From a virus: a stretch of DNA of 64,000 nt. Under the pieces are notes generated by a model. That model saw only the letters and a list, made by a program, of their open reading frames with translations, had not been told where the DNA came from and did no database searches. Position 1 is the first letter of the stretch. Each line of letters starts with the position of its first letter. The stretch is from IMG/VR virus record IMGVR_UViG_3300034356_001231, positions 1 to 64,000 of that record. One strand, written 5' to 3'. The position numbers were made by a program, and so were the translations under genes. Positions 1-9,040 of the stretch are shown here, one piece after another.

Positions 1-480
1 TTGTCATCGAGGATCAAGCATGGAGCCAACGTCAATTCTTATACCCTTGTCAAAGCAATCGCAGAAGAGCTCCGTGGGTTGGCAGTTGAGTACGACGTCC
101 CTATCGTCTCAGCAACTCAAACAACTAGAAGCGGCTATTCGAACTCAGACGTGGGACTGGAAGATACATCGGAATCCTTTGGACTCCCAGCCACAGCTGA
201 TTTTATGTTTGCACTCATCTCCAGTGAAGAACTTGAAAGTCTCAGCCAGATCATGGTTAAACAGCTCAAGAATCGTTATTCTGATCCTGGGAGTAATCGT
301 AGGTTTGTGCTTGGGATTGACCGTAGCAAAATGCGATTATACGATGTTGAACAATCTGGTCAAGATGGATTGGTTGATGATCGCCCAGTGATGGATAAGG
401 GCAAGTTCATGGAGGAAGAAAATGAACGTGGAAGGCCAAAATCAAGGTTTGATCGAAGCAAGTTCGAAGGATTTAAGTGA
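1..480 (+). CDS. 41: Replicative DNA helicase, T4 gp41-like (C-terminal part, truncated by window)
   Basis: DnaB-family motifs AEELRGLAVE, SATQTTR, SESFGLPATAD, KQLKNRY. Confidence 0.95.
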   Translation: MSSRIKHGANVNSYTLVKAIAEELRGLAVEYDVPIVSATQTTRSGYSNSDVGLEDTSESFGLPATADFMFALISSEELESLSQIMVKQLKNRYSDPGSNRRFVLGIDRSKMRLYDVEQSGQDGLVDDRPVMDKGKFMEEENERGRPKSRFDRSKFEGFK

Positions 481-625
481 TAAGAAGTTTAGATTAATGA
501 TGGCAGAGGAAATATGGATGTTAGTTAAAGGAGTACCAATTCCTGATAGTTATTCCGAAGAGGATAGGCTGCATATCTTTGAAAGATATTACCATCGGGC
601 TTCGGCGCAACGACAAGGAGAATAA

Positions 626-811
626 ATGATAGTTTGTTCCTGTAACTACATAGATACAGCAGATATAAAGGCTGTTCTAAACTGTGCTACAGAACCAAAT
701 GAACAACAAGTTCTGAATATGCTTGCTTGGACTCCGGAGTGTTCTTATTGTAAAGAACTTATCTTGGGTGAAATTCGTAAATGTATCAAGGAGATTAATC
801 ATGGCGCTTGA
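626..811 (+). CDS. BFD-like [2Fe-2S] protein
   Basis: N-terminal MIVCSCN plus C-terminal CxxC, 61 aa, the bacterioferritin-associated ferredoxin pattern. Confidence 0.75.
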   Translation: MIVCSCNYIDTADIKAVLNCATEPNEQQVLNMLAWTPECSYCKELILGEIRKCIKEINHGA

Positions 812-1001
812 CTATAAAATCATTGAAAAAGATGGTAAGTTTCATATTGAAGAAAAGGCTACTGAACACATTATTAAAACCTTTGATACTCGTGAAGAAG
901 CAAAAAAAGTTATGAAATTTTTGAATTTAGGTGGTGGTTTCGCGGGTTTTACACCATCGTTTATACTAAATAATGTTAGCAAAAATATGTTGTCCACATA
1001 G
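801..1001 (+). CDS. Small conserved phage hypothetical protein
   Basis: ATG at 801 after GGAG; LNLGGGFAGFTPSF C-terminal motif. Confidence 0.6.
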   Translation: MALDYKIIEKDGKFHIEEKATEHIIKTFDTREEAKKVMKFLNLGGGFAGFTPSFILNNVSKNMLST

Positions 1002-1124
1002 TGGAAGCGGCACGAGCCTAACAAAGAAAGGGCCACGGAATAGTCTGGAGAAAACGGTGGGGTTCCGCCAGACCATATTGTTGCTAGAAGAAATTCGGGG
1101 CGAGTCGAAAGGCTCGCCCTTTTT
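965..1124 (+). ncRNA. Candidate late-transcribed structured ncRNA ending in an intrinsic terminator
   Basis: ACTAAATA late-promoter variant at 965; closing helix TAGCAA..AATATG / CATATT..TTGCTA; internal hairpins; terminator follows. Confidence 0.5.
1098..1124 (+). terminator. Rho-independent terminator
   Basis: GGGCGAGTC-GAAA-GGCTCGCCC followed by T5. Confidence 0.85.
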
Positions 1125-1129
1125 GCATT

Positions 1130-1137
1130 TATAAATA
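1130..1137 (+). promoter_or_regulatory. T4-type late promoter
   Basis: TATAAATA, 30 nt before ORF 1168. Confidence 0.8.
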
Positions 1138-1167
1138 CAAGAAATAATTCTTCATACGAGGTCAACA

Positions 1168-2442
1168 ATGATATCATTCTCTAATTTCCTGACTGAAGGA
1201 AGAAAAGCTGAATTTGAACTAAAAAACACTGAAGATGCTAAGGGCAAACTCTTTGAAATTTTAGCAGGTTCTTATCTTTTACATGGATCTCATCCTCAAA
1301 CAGGAATGCCCAAAAAGTTCCTAGAGCATTATAGAGACGAAGACGGCTTCAGACCTCAAGAAGTTCATAACAAAATTAAAACAGCATTAGAAAAATTATC
1401 CCCTGGAATGTATGAAGACGTTGTCAAACATTCTCAACAAGCAGCTGAACATTTAAAAGAGCAATTAGCAAATAGGGGCGTCCAAAACGTCCATCATTTA
1501 GCTTGGACTTCTCAAAAAGGCGATCATGAGAGATTTACTGGTGTTGATGATCCCAATTCAGACGCTGACTTAATGGTAAAAGGTTCGGACCAAGGCGGTA
1601 AGATGCTAGACCCAATTGGTCTTAGTATGAAGTATGGTAAGCAAAAAGATCCAAACTTAAGAGGTAATGGTCTAGATGCTCTGGAAAAAATTGCTGGTCT
1701 TAAAAAAGGTGATCTTGAAGGTTTAAGAGAATCTCATTACGATCATATTAGAAATCTTGGTTTGGCTACTGGTAAAGCAGGTGACGCTGAGTATAAAAGT
1801 TTAGCTAAAGAGAATCATCCAACTGCAGCCTCTATTGATGAACACTCATTAAACACACAAAAAGAAATGTCCAGAAGATTCACTGAAGGACTCGCTAAAC
1901 ATTCTTCGGATAAATTAAGAGAATCTATAAAAAATATTATCTCACCAGAAACAAAATATCTTCATATAAGACATCACACACAAGTTAATAATAATGGCAC
2001 AGTCAATCACGAGACTCATGATATTCAAGATCATGCAAATAATGTGTTAAATAACTTTGAAGAGTTTAGAGTGAGACCTCACACAGGCGGAATATCTACG
2101 GTAATAGAGGGCAGAAGAAGAGGCTCTGATGGCTTTGAAAAGGCCATGGAAATTGGCATGAAAAAGACCAGAACATTTTCTGGTAGAGGGTTCAACTCTT
2201 TCACCAAAGCTCCTATGTTGAGAGAAGGTAGAAAAACCAAAACAAGTAAATCTACAACTCCAGAAATAAAAGCAGCGCCAACTAAAGTTAAAAAAACTCC
2301 TAAACCTGCAGCGGCAAATGTAAACACCGGAGAGTTTGGAGTAGTAAGGGGCGAAGGACCAAGCCAAAACGTTCCTCCTAAACATTATCAGGCATACGTA
2401 GATAGAAGTTCTCACATGGGATATCAGGATTCAGGAATATGA
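1168..2442 (+). CDS. Probable capsid-internal protein with possible PD-(D/E)xK nuclease fold
   Basis: N-terminus MISFSNFLTE resembles the T4 capsid-targeting sequence; DADLMV...GLSMK resembles the restriction-endonuclease-like catalytic motif. Confidence 0.5.
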   Translation: MISFSNFLTEGRKAEFELKNTEDAKGKLFEILAGSYLLHGSHPQTGMPKKFLEHYRDEDGFRPQEVHNKIKTALEKLSPGMYEDVVKHSQQAAEHLKEQLANRGVQNVHHLAWTSQKGDHERFTGVDDPNSDADLMVKGSDQGGKMLDPIGLSMKYGKQKDPNLRGNGLDALEKIAGLKKGDLEGLRESHYDHIRNLGLATGKAGDAEYKSLAKENHPTAASIDEHSLNTQKEMSRRFTEGLAKHSSDKLRESIKNIISPETKYLHIRHHTQVNNNGTVNHETHDIQDHANNVLNNFEEFRVRPHTGGISTVIEGRRRGSDGFEKAMEIGMKKTRTFSGRGFNSFTKAPMLREGRKTKTSKSTTPEIKAAPTKVKKTPKPAAANVNTGEFGVVRGEGPSQNVPPKHYQAYVDRSSHMGYQDSGI

Positions 2443-3665
2443 GAATAGATTTTAAAACATTTTTAGCAGAACAAGAAGAAGTAAAAGGCAAAGCATTAAA
2501 ACACCTTCGACACATTGAAGATTATGTCATTCATGGAGGTCACGAAGGCGTAGCAACTGCAGATGAGCATCTCCGTGGTATGCATGATATGTTACTTGGT
2601 AAGAAATCAAGTTTACATGCTTCTACAAAATATGATGGAGCTCCTTCTATTGTATTTGGTCAACATCCTGAAACTGGCCAATTTTTCGTAGCTTCTAAAT
2701 CGGCTTTCAATAAAACCCCAAAAATTAATTATACAGATGAAGACATTGAAAACAATCATGGCCATGCTCCAGGATTAGTTGAAAAACTAAAACAATCTCT
2801 AAAACATCTTCCTAATATTATGCCACGCGAAGGTGGTGTATATCAGGGAGATTTAATGCATACAGAAGGCGACGCAGTTACTAAAAATGGTAAAACTTCT
2901 GTTACTCCTAATACCTTAACATACTCAGCTCCTGCAGATTCTGCAGAGGGTAGAAATATGAATAAGAAACTTGGTGTTGTTGTTCATACAAAATATGCCG
3001 GTAAAGGCGGTTTAGGGAGTATGTCTGCGCAACCACTTGATGCTAAAACACGTGCTAAGTTTAAAGAACATCCAGATGTTAATAATATAGATCCGACAAT
3101 TGATGTCAATTCTTCCAACTATAGTCCAGAAGAACAAAAAGCATTCTTAAATCATATGGACAAAGCTAAGAGAATCTATTCTTCTATGAAACCAGAAGCA
3201 TTGGAAGCATTGGATGGACATGGAGAAAATTTAGAAGCACATGTCAATAGTATGATTAGAACTGGCGGTGAACCTTCAGTTCAAGGTTATATGGATCATT
3301 TGACTGCTCGTCATCAGAAAGATCTAGACAAAGTTAAGACAGACGCTTCTAAGCAGAAAAAGATTCAAGCTCATGGCGAAGTGCTTTCTCATATTAGTAA
3401 CAATAGAGAACACTTTGATAGAGCGTTACAGCTTCATAATCATTTACAAAGTGCTAAAAATGTATTGACTAATGTTCTGGCTAAAAATGTTCCATATGAA
3501 CATAGTGTTGCTGGTGAGCATACTGGTCCAGAAGGAACAGTTGTTGTCGACAAAAAAGGCAATGCTTCAAAGTTCAACAATAGAAGAGAATTTAATCGCC
3601 TAAATTTCTTGAAGGGCGCATTCCAAAAACAGCAGGTAGCAAATGCAGAAGCTCAACTTCAGTAA
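2439..3665 (+). CDS. Conserved T4-like phage protein with ATP-dependent ligase-like motifs
   Basis: HLRHIED; KYDG (motif I), YQGDL (III), EGTVV (IV); N-terminal FKTFLAE leader. Confidence 0.6.
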   Translation: MRIDFKTFLAEQEEVKGKALKHLRHIEDYVIHGGHEGVATADEHLRGMHDMLLGKKSSLHASTKYDGAPSIVFGQHPETGQFFVASKSAFNKTPKINYTDEDIENNHGHAPGLVEKLKQSLKHLPNIMPREGGVYQGDLMHTEGDAVTKNGKTSVTPNTLTYSAPADSAEGRNMNKKLGVVVHTKYAGKGGLGSMSAQPLDAKTRAKFKEHPDVNNIDPTIDVNSSNYSPEEQKAFLNHMDKAKRIYSSMKPEALEALDGHGENLEAHVNSMIRTGGEPSVQGYMDHLTARHQKDLDKVKTDASKQKKIQAHGEVLSHISNNREHFDRALQLHNHLQSAKNVLTNVLAKNVPYEHSVAGEHTGPEGTVVVDKKGNASKFNNRREFNRLNFLKGAFQKQQVANAEAQLQ

Positions 3666-5433
3666 TTACTTTCTAGCAGAAGCTGATAAAGCAACGCACG
3701 TTATGACTTTCATGAGGGCCAATCCTCCAACGATTGGCCATGAACGTGTTGTCAATCATGTTATGGATCTTGCTAAGAACTTCGATGCTGGTCATAGTAT
3801 AGTATTATCACATTCTTTTGATGGCGATAAAAACCCATTGACTGCTGAGCAGAAACTAAGACATGCTAAATTAGCTTTTCCTGGCTCAAATGTATCAACT
3901 TCTTCTCCAGAATCACCAAGTCTATTATATCATGCATCAGACTTACATAAAAAAGGTGTAAAGAACCTTCATCTAGTTGTTGGCCAAGATAGAGTAGATC
4001 AGTTTCAACAGCTGCTGTCAAAATACAATGGCCAAGAAGGGACACATGGTTATTTTAATTTTGATAATATTTCTGTTCATTCTGCTGGTGGTAGAGATCC
4101 TGATGCTGAAGGCATTGAAGGTGTTTCAGGCACAAGTCAAAGGAAACATGCTCGCTCCGGCAATTTTGAGAACTTCAGAGCAGGAGCGCCAAGTCGTATG
4201 TCAGACGAACAAGCAGCTTCTCTTATGAATGACATTCGTAACGCACAACCACCAGTAAAACCAAAGAAAAGTAAGAATAAACCAAAAGCAGAACCATTCA
4301 ACCCAGGAACACCTGTTTATGTTGAACATGGTTCAAATGCCGCAAAACCAATCAAAGAATCAACAAGATTATCTTTTAGACAACTACTAGAAAAAACAAA
4401 AGGCCCTTCTTATCAAGATTTTATTGATGATCCTGATTATCAAAGAACCAAACGAAGCGTTTTATCTTCTTTAAATAACGCTAATGATCATATATCTAAA
4501 GGTGGACCAGACGCAGTTCATGGTGCTTTAGACAAACATTATGATCTTTCATCAAATCCTCACAGCGAGCATTTTGATTATTATTCTGATGTTGATGCTA
4601 GTTATCCTATTAACTCTTCTCTGTTTCATCATCATAACGAAGGCGGCGACCCAAACGAATTACCCGACGAAGATATAAACGATATTAGTCATGATGACAT
4701 TAGAGGATTAGACAAGGCATTAGCTCATAAAAAAACTCCAAAACCAATGACTGTTTTTTCTGGCGTTGGTTTTAATCCTGGTATGATGGCTGCTAAACAC
4801 CCTAAAAATCAGCTTTATATGCCTTCTTATACATCAACCTCAATTGATCCAAAAGTTGCTGCTGATTTCGCGAAACCATTATCCAAAGGTGATTCTGGTG
4901 AGAAATTGACAAGATATAATCCTTCTGACTCTGAAGGAGCAGATCATCACGTTTTAAGGATAAATTTACCAAAAGGTCAACAGGGTTCATATATAGCAGG
5001 TTCTTCTAATTTTCCTGAAGAGAAAGAATTTCTACTACCAAGACAACAGACAATGAAAATTGATTCGAATCCAGAAGTTCACGAGTTTGAACATAATGGT
5101 ATTACACATAGAATGCATATTTGGAATGCAACCCCAACCCCAACTAAACTACCAAAACCAGTTACTGAACAAGTAACAACTGCTGACGCTAGAGGGTTTG
5201 GGTATGTTACAGGCGATCCGGCGGTCGATAGTTCTGTTACAACTAATGATGTTGATGCTACTTTTTTTCGTGGCAATTTAAAAAATAGCATCAAACAATC
5301 AGAAAATCCTTTGGCTAAGATGTTAGGTTTTAAGGCGTTTGATCCAGATAAGATGAATTTTAGAGATAAAACCCTATCTTACTATGAAGCGGATCCTAAC
5401 GGCGATCCACTAAAGACCAGAAAGAAAAAGTAA
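3643..5433 (+). CDS. Cytidylyl/adenylyltransferase-like (HxGH, NMNAT-like) domain fused to ADP-ribosyltransferase domain
   Basis: RANPPTIGH, KNPL, VVGQDR in N-half; VFSG..YTSTS..EKEFLLPR ART signature in C-half. Confidence 0.75.
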   Translation: MQKLNFSNYFLAEADKATHVMTFMRANPPTIGHERVVNHVMDLAKNFDAGHSIVLSHSFDGDKNPLTAEQKLRHAKLAFPGSNVSTSSPESPSLLYHASDLHKKGVKNLHLVVGQDRVDQFQQLLSKYNGQEGTHGYFNFDNISVHSAGGRDPDAEGIEGVSGTSQRKHARSGNFENFRAGAPSRMSDEQAASLMNDIRNAQPPVKPKKSKNKPKAEPFNPGTPVYVEHGSNAAKPIKESTRLSFRQLLEKTKGPSYQDFIDDPDYQRTKRSVLSSLNNANDHISKGGPDAVHGALDKHYDLSSNPHSEHFDYYSDVDASYPINSSLFHHHNEGGDPNELPDEDINDISHDDIRGLDKALAHKKTPKPMTVFSGVGFNPGMMAAKHPKNQLYMPSYTSTSIDPKVAADFAKPLSKGDSGEKLTRYNPSDSEGADHHVLRINLPKGQQGSYIAGSSNFPEEKEFLLPRQQTMKIDSNPEVHEFEHNGITHRMHIWNATPTPTKLPKPVTEQVTTADARGFGYVTGDPAVDSSVTTNDVDATFFRGNLKNSIKQSENPLAKMLGFKAFDPDKMNFRDKTLSYYEADPNGDPLKTRKKK

Positions 5434-6746
5434 TGGCACAGTTTCGTAAAGACACACATCAGTTTTTAAGCGACAATAAAACTTTATTTGAAGTTGTGCA
5501 AATTGCTGACCAATATGGAAATATGGTTGGCGCTGCTAATCCTTCTGGAGTTGCAGTTGATGCTTTTGGAAGAGCCAGAGTTTCAACTCCTCTAACGCTT
5601 TTTGATTCTTCTCATCGTTATCGCGATAATAATTTATGGTCTACTTCAAATACTGCTGGTGCAACTTATGCCTTTTCTAATAACGAAGGTCTAATAAACC
5701 TTAATTTAACAACTGCTAACAATGCTGAGATTATTCGAGAAACAACTAAAGTTTTCTCTTATCAGCCAGGTAAATCTCTACAAGTTCTACAAACATTTAT
5801 TATGCAGCCAAAAACAAATGTTCGTCAGCGTGTAGGATATTATGGCGCTAACAATGGTATCTATTTTGAGTTGGTAGGTAATACAGCATATTTGGTCGAA
5901 AGATCTTTATCAACAGGAGTAATGCAAGAGACAAGAGTAGCACAGTCTGATTGGAATATGGACACTCTGTTGGGTCAGGTCGCTTCAAGTCCATCTGGCA
6001 TAACTTTGGATTTAACCAAAGCCCAAATTATGTTCATTGATATTGAATGGCTTGGTTTAGGTACAGTAAGATGTGGTTTTGTTATTGACGGTAAATTCAT
6101 TCACTGTCATTCCTTTCACCATGCTAATTTTGTTACCACAACATATATGACCACAGCATCTCTTCCGTTGAGATATGAGATTAAGAATACTGGTGTAACT
6201 GCAAGTAATACAACTCTAAAACAAGTATGTTCCACTGTTATTTCTGAAGGCGGATATGAACTAAGAGGTCTTCAACAAGCCATTGGCACAGCTATTGGGG
6301 CGCCAAGAGATTTGACAACAGTTAATACATACTATCCAGTTGTCTCAATTAGATTGAAGGCTTCTCCTGATAGACTTGATGCTATTGTTATTCTTACTGC
6401 TTTATCGATACTAGGAATAACCAACAATGCTAATTATAATTGGAGAGTAGTAGCTTCTGGTGCAACTACAGGCGGAACATGGGTTTCTGCAGGAGATGAT
6501 TCTGCTGTTGAATATAATATTACAGGAACTAGCTTTACTGGTGGTAGAATTTTGGCTTCTGGATGGATTCATGGTTCTAATCAGGGTTCAAGTCCTGTTG
6601 ATATTTTAAAAGAAGCACTATTCAAGTTTCAGTTAGAAAGAAACGGTCTAACTTCTAGTTCTTATGAGTTAACATTAGTTGCTGCAGCAGATTCTGCGGG
6701 CGCTGATATATACGCATCTATGGATTGGGAAGAAATCTCAAGATAA
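5433..6746 (+). CDS. Probable virion structural protein
   Basis: DAFGRARVS motif; beta-rich Thr/Ser/Gly composition; in late cluster. Confidence 0.6.
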   Translation: MAQFRKDTHQFLSDNKTLFEVVQIADQYGNMVGAANPSGVAVDAFGRARVSTPLTLFDSSHRYRDNNLWSTSNTAGATYAFSNNEGLINLNLTTANNAEIIRETTKVFSYQPGKSLQVLQTFIMQPKTNVRQRVGYYGANNGIYFELVGNTAYLVERSLSTGVMQETRVAQSDWNMDTLLGQVASSPSGITLDLTKAQIMFIDIEWLGLGTVRCGFVIDGKFIHCHSFHHANFVTTTYMTTASLPLRYEIKNTGVTASNTTLKQVCSTVISEGGYELRGLQQAIGTAIGAPRDLTTVNTYYPVVSIRLKASPDRLDAIVILTALSILGITNNANYNWRVVASGATTGGTWVSAGDDSAVEYNITGTSFTGGRILASGWIHGSNQGSSPVDILKEALFKFQLERNGLTSSSYELTLVAAADSAGADIYASMDWEEISR

Positions 6747-6753
6747 GATCTTT

Positions 6754-6761
6754 TATAAATA
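6754..6761 (+). promoter_or_regulatory. T4-type late promoter
   Basis: TATAAATA upstream of ORF 6832. Confidence 0.8.
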
Positions 6762-6831
6762 AAACGTCAGTGCGAGTAAAAAGGGTACGCCAGACCTCGC
6801 ATATAATTGGAAAGCCCAAGGGAAACTCCAT

Positions 6832-8595
6832 ATGAAAAAGTTTAATTCATTTGAAACTCAGCTAGGCGAGTCTGTCGTACTCACTGACAAGGCCAAATTA
6901 TCTCTTTATAAAAAATCCCAAAATTCAGGTTATTCGGTCGATATACTAGAAGAAGTATATCGTAGAGGCTATCAATGCTGGAGCGAATCATTTGGTGGTA
7001 ATCCAGATTCGTTCGCATTTGATCGCGTAAATTCATTTATCTCTGGAGGTTTTGCTGAAATGTTAGACGAAGATTTAGTAAACGAAAAACGTGGCCTCTG
7101 GGATAATATCCATGCAAAACGTGCTAGAATTAAAGCTGGCTCCGGTGAGCGCATGCGTAAACCAGGCAGTAAGGGTGCTCCAACTGATGCCGCACTAAAG
7201 GCGTCTCAGAACGAAGATTCTGATCCATGTTGGAAGGGCTATCAACAGATTGGTATGAAGATGAAGAACGGTAAAAAGGTTCCTAATTGCGTTCCTGTAA
7301 AGGAAGAGGATGCCGAAGCGCATTCAACAGATTCAAACGATCCAGCATCAAGATTTGTAGGTTCTAATGAATTAGTTGATGTTTATAAAAAACAAACTCC
7401 TGGGCAAATTATCAAAAGAGTGGTTCGCGAAGCAATTGAGATTGTTGATGCTATGGACGAACTAGAGGAAGATTGGCAGGACAAAAAATATAAGAATCCA
7501 GAAGGTGGATTAACTAAAGCTGGCGTTATGGCATATCGTCGCGAAAATCCAGGCTCAAAGTTACAAACAGCAGTAACAACTAAACCTTCAAAGTTAAAGA
7601 AGGGCAGTAAAGCATATAATCGTCGTAAGTCATTCTGTGCTCGTATGGGTGGAATGAAAAAGAGACTAACATCTGCCAAGACAGCAAACGATCCGGATTC
7701 AAGAATCAATAAGGCACTACGCAAGTGGAATTGTGAAGAAAGAATTTATGAAGTTGCTATGGCAATGCCACCAGCAGTTCAGCCACCTGCCGTTGTTGGT
7801 CAGCAAGTTCCTGGTGTAAAAAGACAGGCACCTAGACCAACAGAAACATCTGGTAGAACAGGTGGAAGAATGGCAGGTCAAAGTGGATCAATGTCTGCTA
7901 GACCTAATGTCAGGGTAAGTTCTGGCGTTCAGCCCTCTATTGAGAGATCCTGGTCAAGACCAGGATCAGCTAGAATGGGTTCAGGTGGTGGTAGCATGTC
8001 TGCTTCACCAACAAAAGTAGGAACATCTTTCTCACAAGGCGGTGTAAATGTTGGTAAAGGTATGGCTGCATCAAAACAGACCAGCCCAGTTGTAAAAGGT
8101 ATGACATCTGCTGGTAGAGAAGCAGCATCTGTTGTATCAAAGGCAGCACCTACAGTTGCTAAAGGATTAGGAACTGCAGCAAGAATAGCTGGCGGTCCAG
8201 CAGCTACTGCAGCGATGGCAGTTATGTCTCCAACGCCTGCAGGCGCTGGTGAGGACGAAAAGAAAAGACAAGAAACACTAAAGAGTTATAATCCATATAA
8301 GTCATCTGGTCGTTCGGTTTCTGATTACGAAAAACAGACACTAACACCACAGAAATATGATACACCAAAACCACCAGCACCTAAAGTAGATGCTCCAACT
8401 CCACCATCAAGACCAGAGTACTTTTCACGTGGACAAGCATTCCAAGCTGCTCGTTCTGAAAAAGGCGGCGCTGGAGGACAGTTTTCTTATGGTGGAAAAG
8501 AATATCAGACCAATGTTGCTGGTGAAAAATATGTTTCCAAGCCAACAACTACTAGCGTAAAAGATGAATCGGAATCAGGAAAGAAGAAAAAATGA
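6832..8595 (+). CDS. Modular basic protein, probable capsid-internal polyprotein
   Basis: String of short modules (GLWDNIHAKR, CWKGY..VPNCVP, RRKSFCARM..KWNC) separated by acidic xE linkers. Confidence 0.6.
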   Translation: MKKFNSFETQLGESVVLTDKAKLSLYKKSQNSGYSVDILEEVYRRGYQCWSESFGGNPDSFAFDRVNSFISGGFAEMLDEDLVNEKRGLWDNIHAKRARIKAGSGERMRKPGSKGAPTDAALKASQNEDSDPCWKGYQQIGMKMKNGKKVPNCVPVKEEDAEAHSTDSNDPASRFVGSNELVDVYKKQTPGQIIKRVVREAIEIVDAMDELEEDWQDKKYKNPEGGLTKAGVMAYRRENPGSKLQTAVTTKPSKLKKGSKAYNRRKSFCARMGGMKKRLTSAKTANDPDSRINKALRKWNCEERIYEVAMAMPPAVQPPAVVGQQVPGVKRQAPRPTETSGRTGGRMAGQSGSMSARPNVRVSSGVQPSIERSWSRPGSARMGSGGGSMSASPTKVGTSFSQGGVNVGKGMAASKQTSPVVKGMTSAGREAASVVSKAAPTVAKGLGTAARIAGGPAATAAMAVMSPTPAGAGEDEKKRQETLKSYNPYKSSGRSVSDYEKQTLTPQKYDTPKPPAPKVDAPTPPSRPEYFSRGQAFQAARSEKGGAGGQFSYGGKEYQTNVAGEKYVSKPTTTSVKDESESGKKKK

Positions 8596-9038
8596 TCGGT
8601 AAAATAGAACCATATGACGCAATTAAAGTTGCATTGGCAGACACTTATGTTTTCAGTGTTAAGGTCCAAGGTTATCATTGGAATGTTACTGGTCCTCATT
8701 TTGCAGAGTATCATAAATTTCTAGGAAAACTCTATGAAGAATTATCAGAAGCTGTTGATCTAATAGCTGAAGGTATAAGAACTCTAGACGCTTTTGCTCC
8801 AGGATCAATGAAAAGGTTTTTAGAGCTAACAACTATTGAAGAAGCAACAAATATTCCTGACGGTTTAGTTATGATTAGCAAACTTGCTTCTGATAATGAA
8901 AGAGTTATTGCTTCTCTTACAGCTGCATATGAACTATGCGAAAAACATAAACACTATGGCGTTTCAAATATGTTACAAGACCGCATCACTGCTCATCAGA
9001 AGCATGGTTGGATGCTAAGATCGTTCATAAAGGCATAA
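8592..9038 (+). CDS. dps: Dps / ferritin-like DNA-protection protein
   Basis: YHWNVTGPHFAEYHKFL, D.IAE, H.KHGWML. Confidence 0.9.
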   Translation: MIGKIEPYDAIKVALADTYVFSVKVQGYHWNVTGPHFAEYHKFLGKLYEELSEAVDLIAEGIRTLDAFAPGSMKRFLELTTIEEATNIPDGLVMISKLASDNERVIASLTAAYELCEKHKHYGVSNMLQDRITAHQKHGWMLRSFIKA

Positions 9039-9040
9039 AA

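Noticed and set aside
996-1009. 14-mer ACATAGTGGAAGCG shared with the spacer near 43288
   Set aside because: A few 14-mer matches are expected by chance in 64 kb; flanks and pairing context differ
1030-1055. Resemblance to cobalamin riboswitch motifs (GCCAC, AGTCTGGAGA)
   Set aside because: The conserved upstream core is not recognisable and no B12-related gene follows
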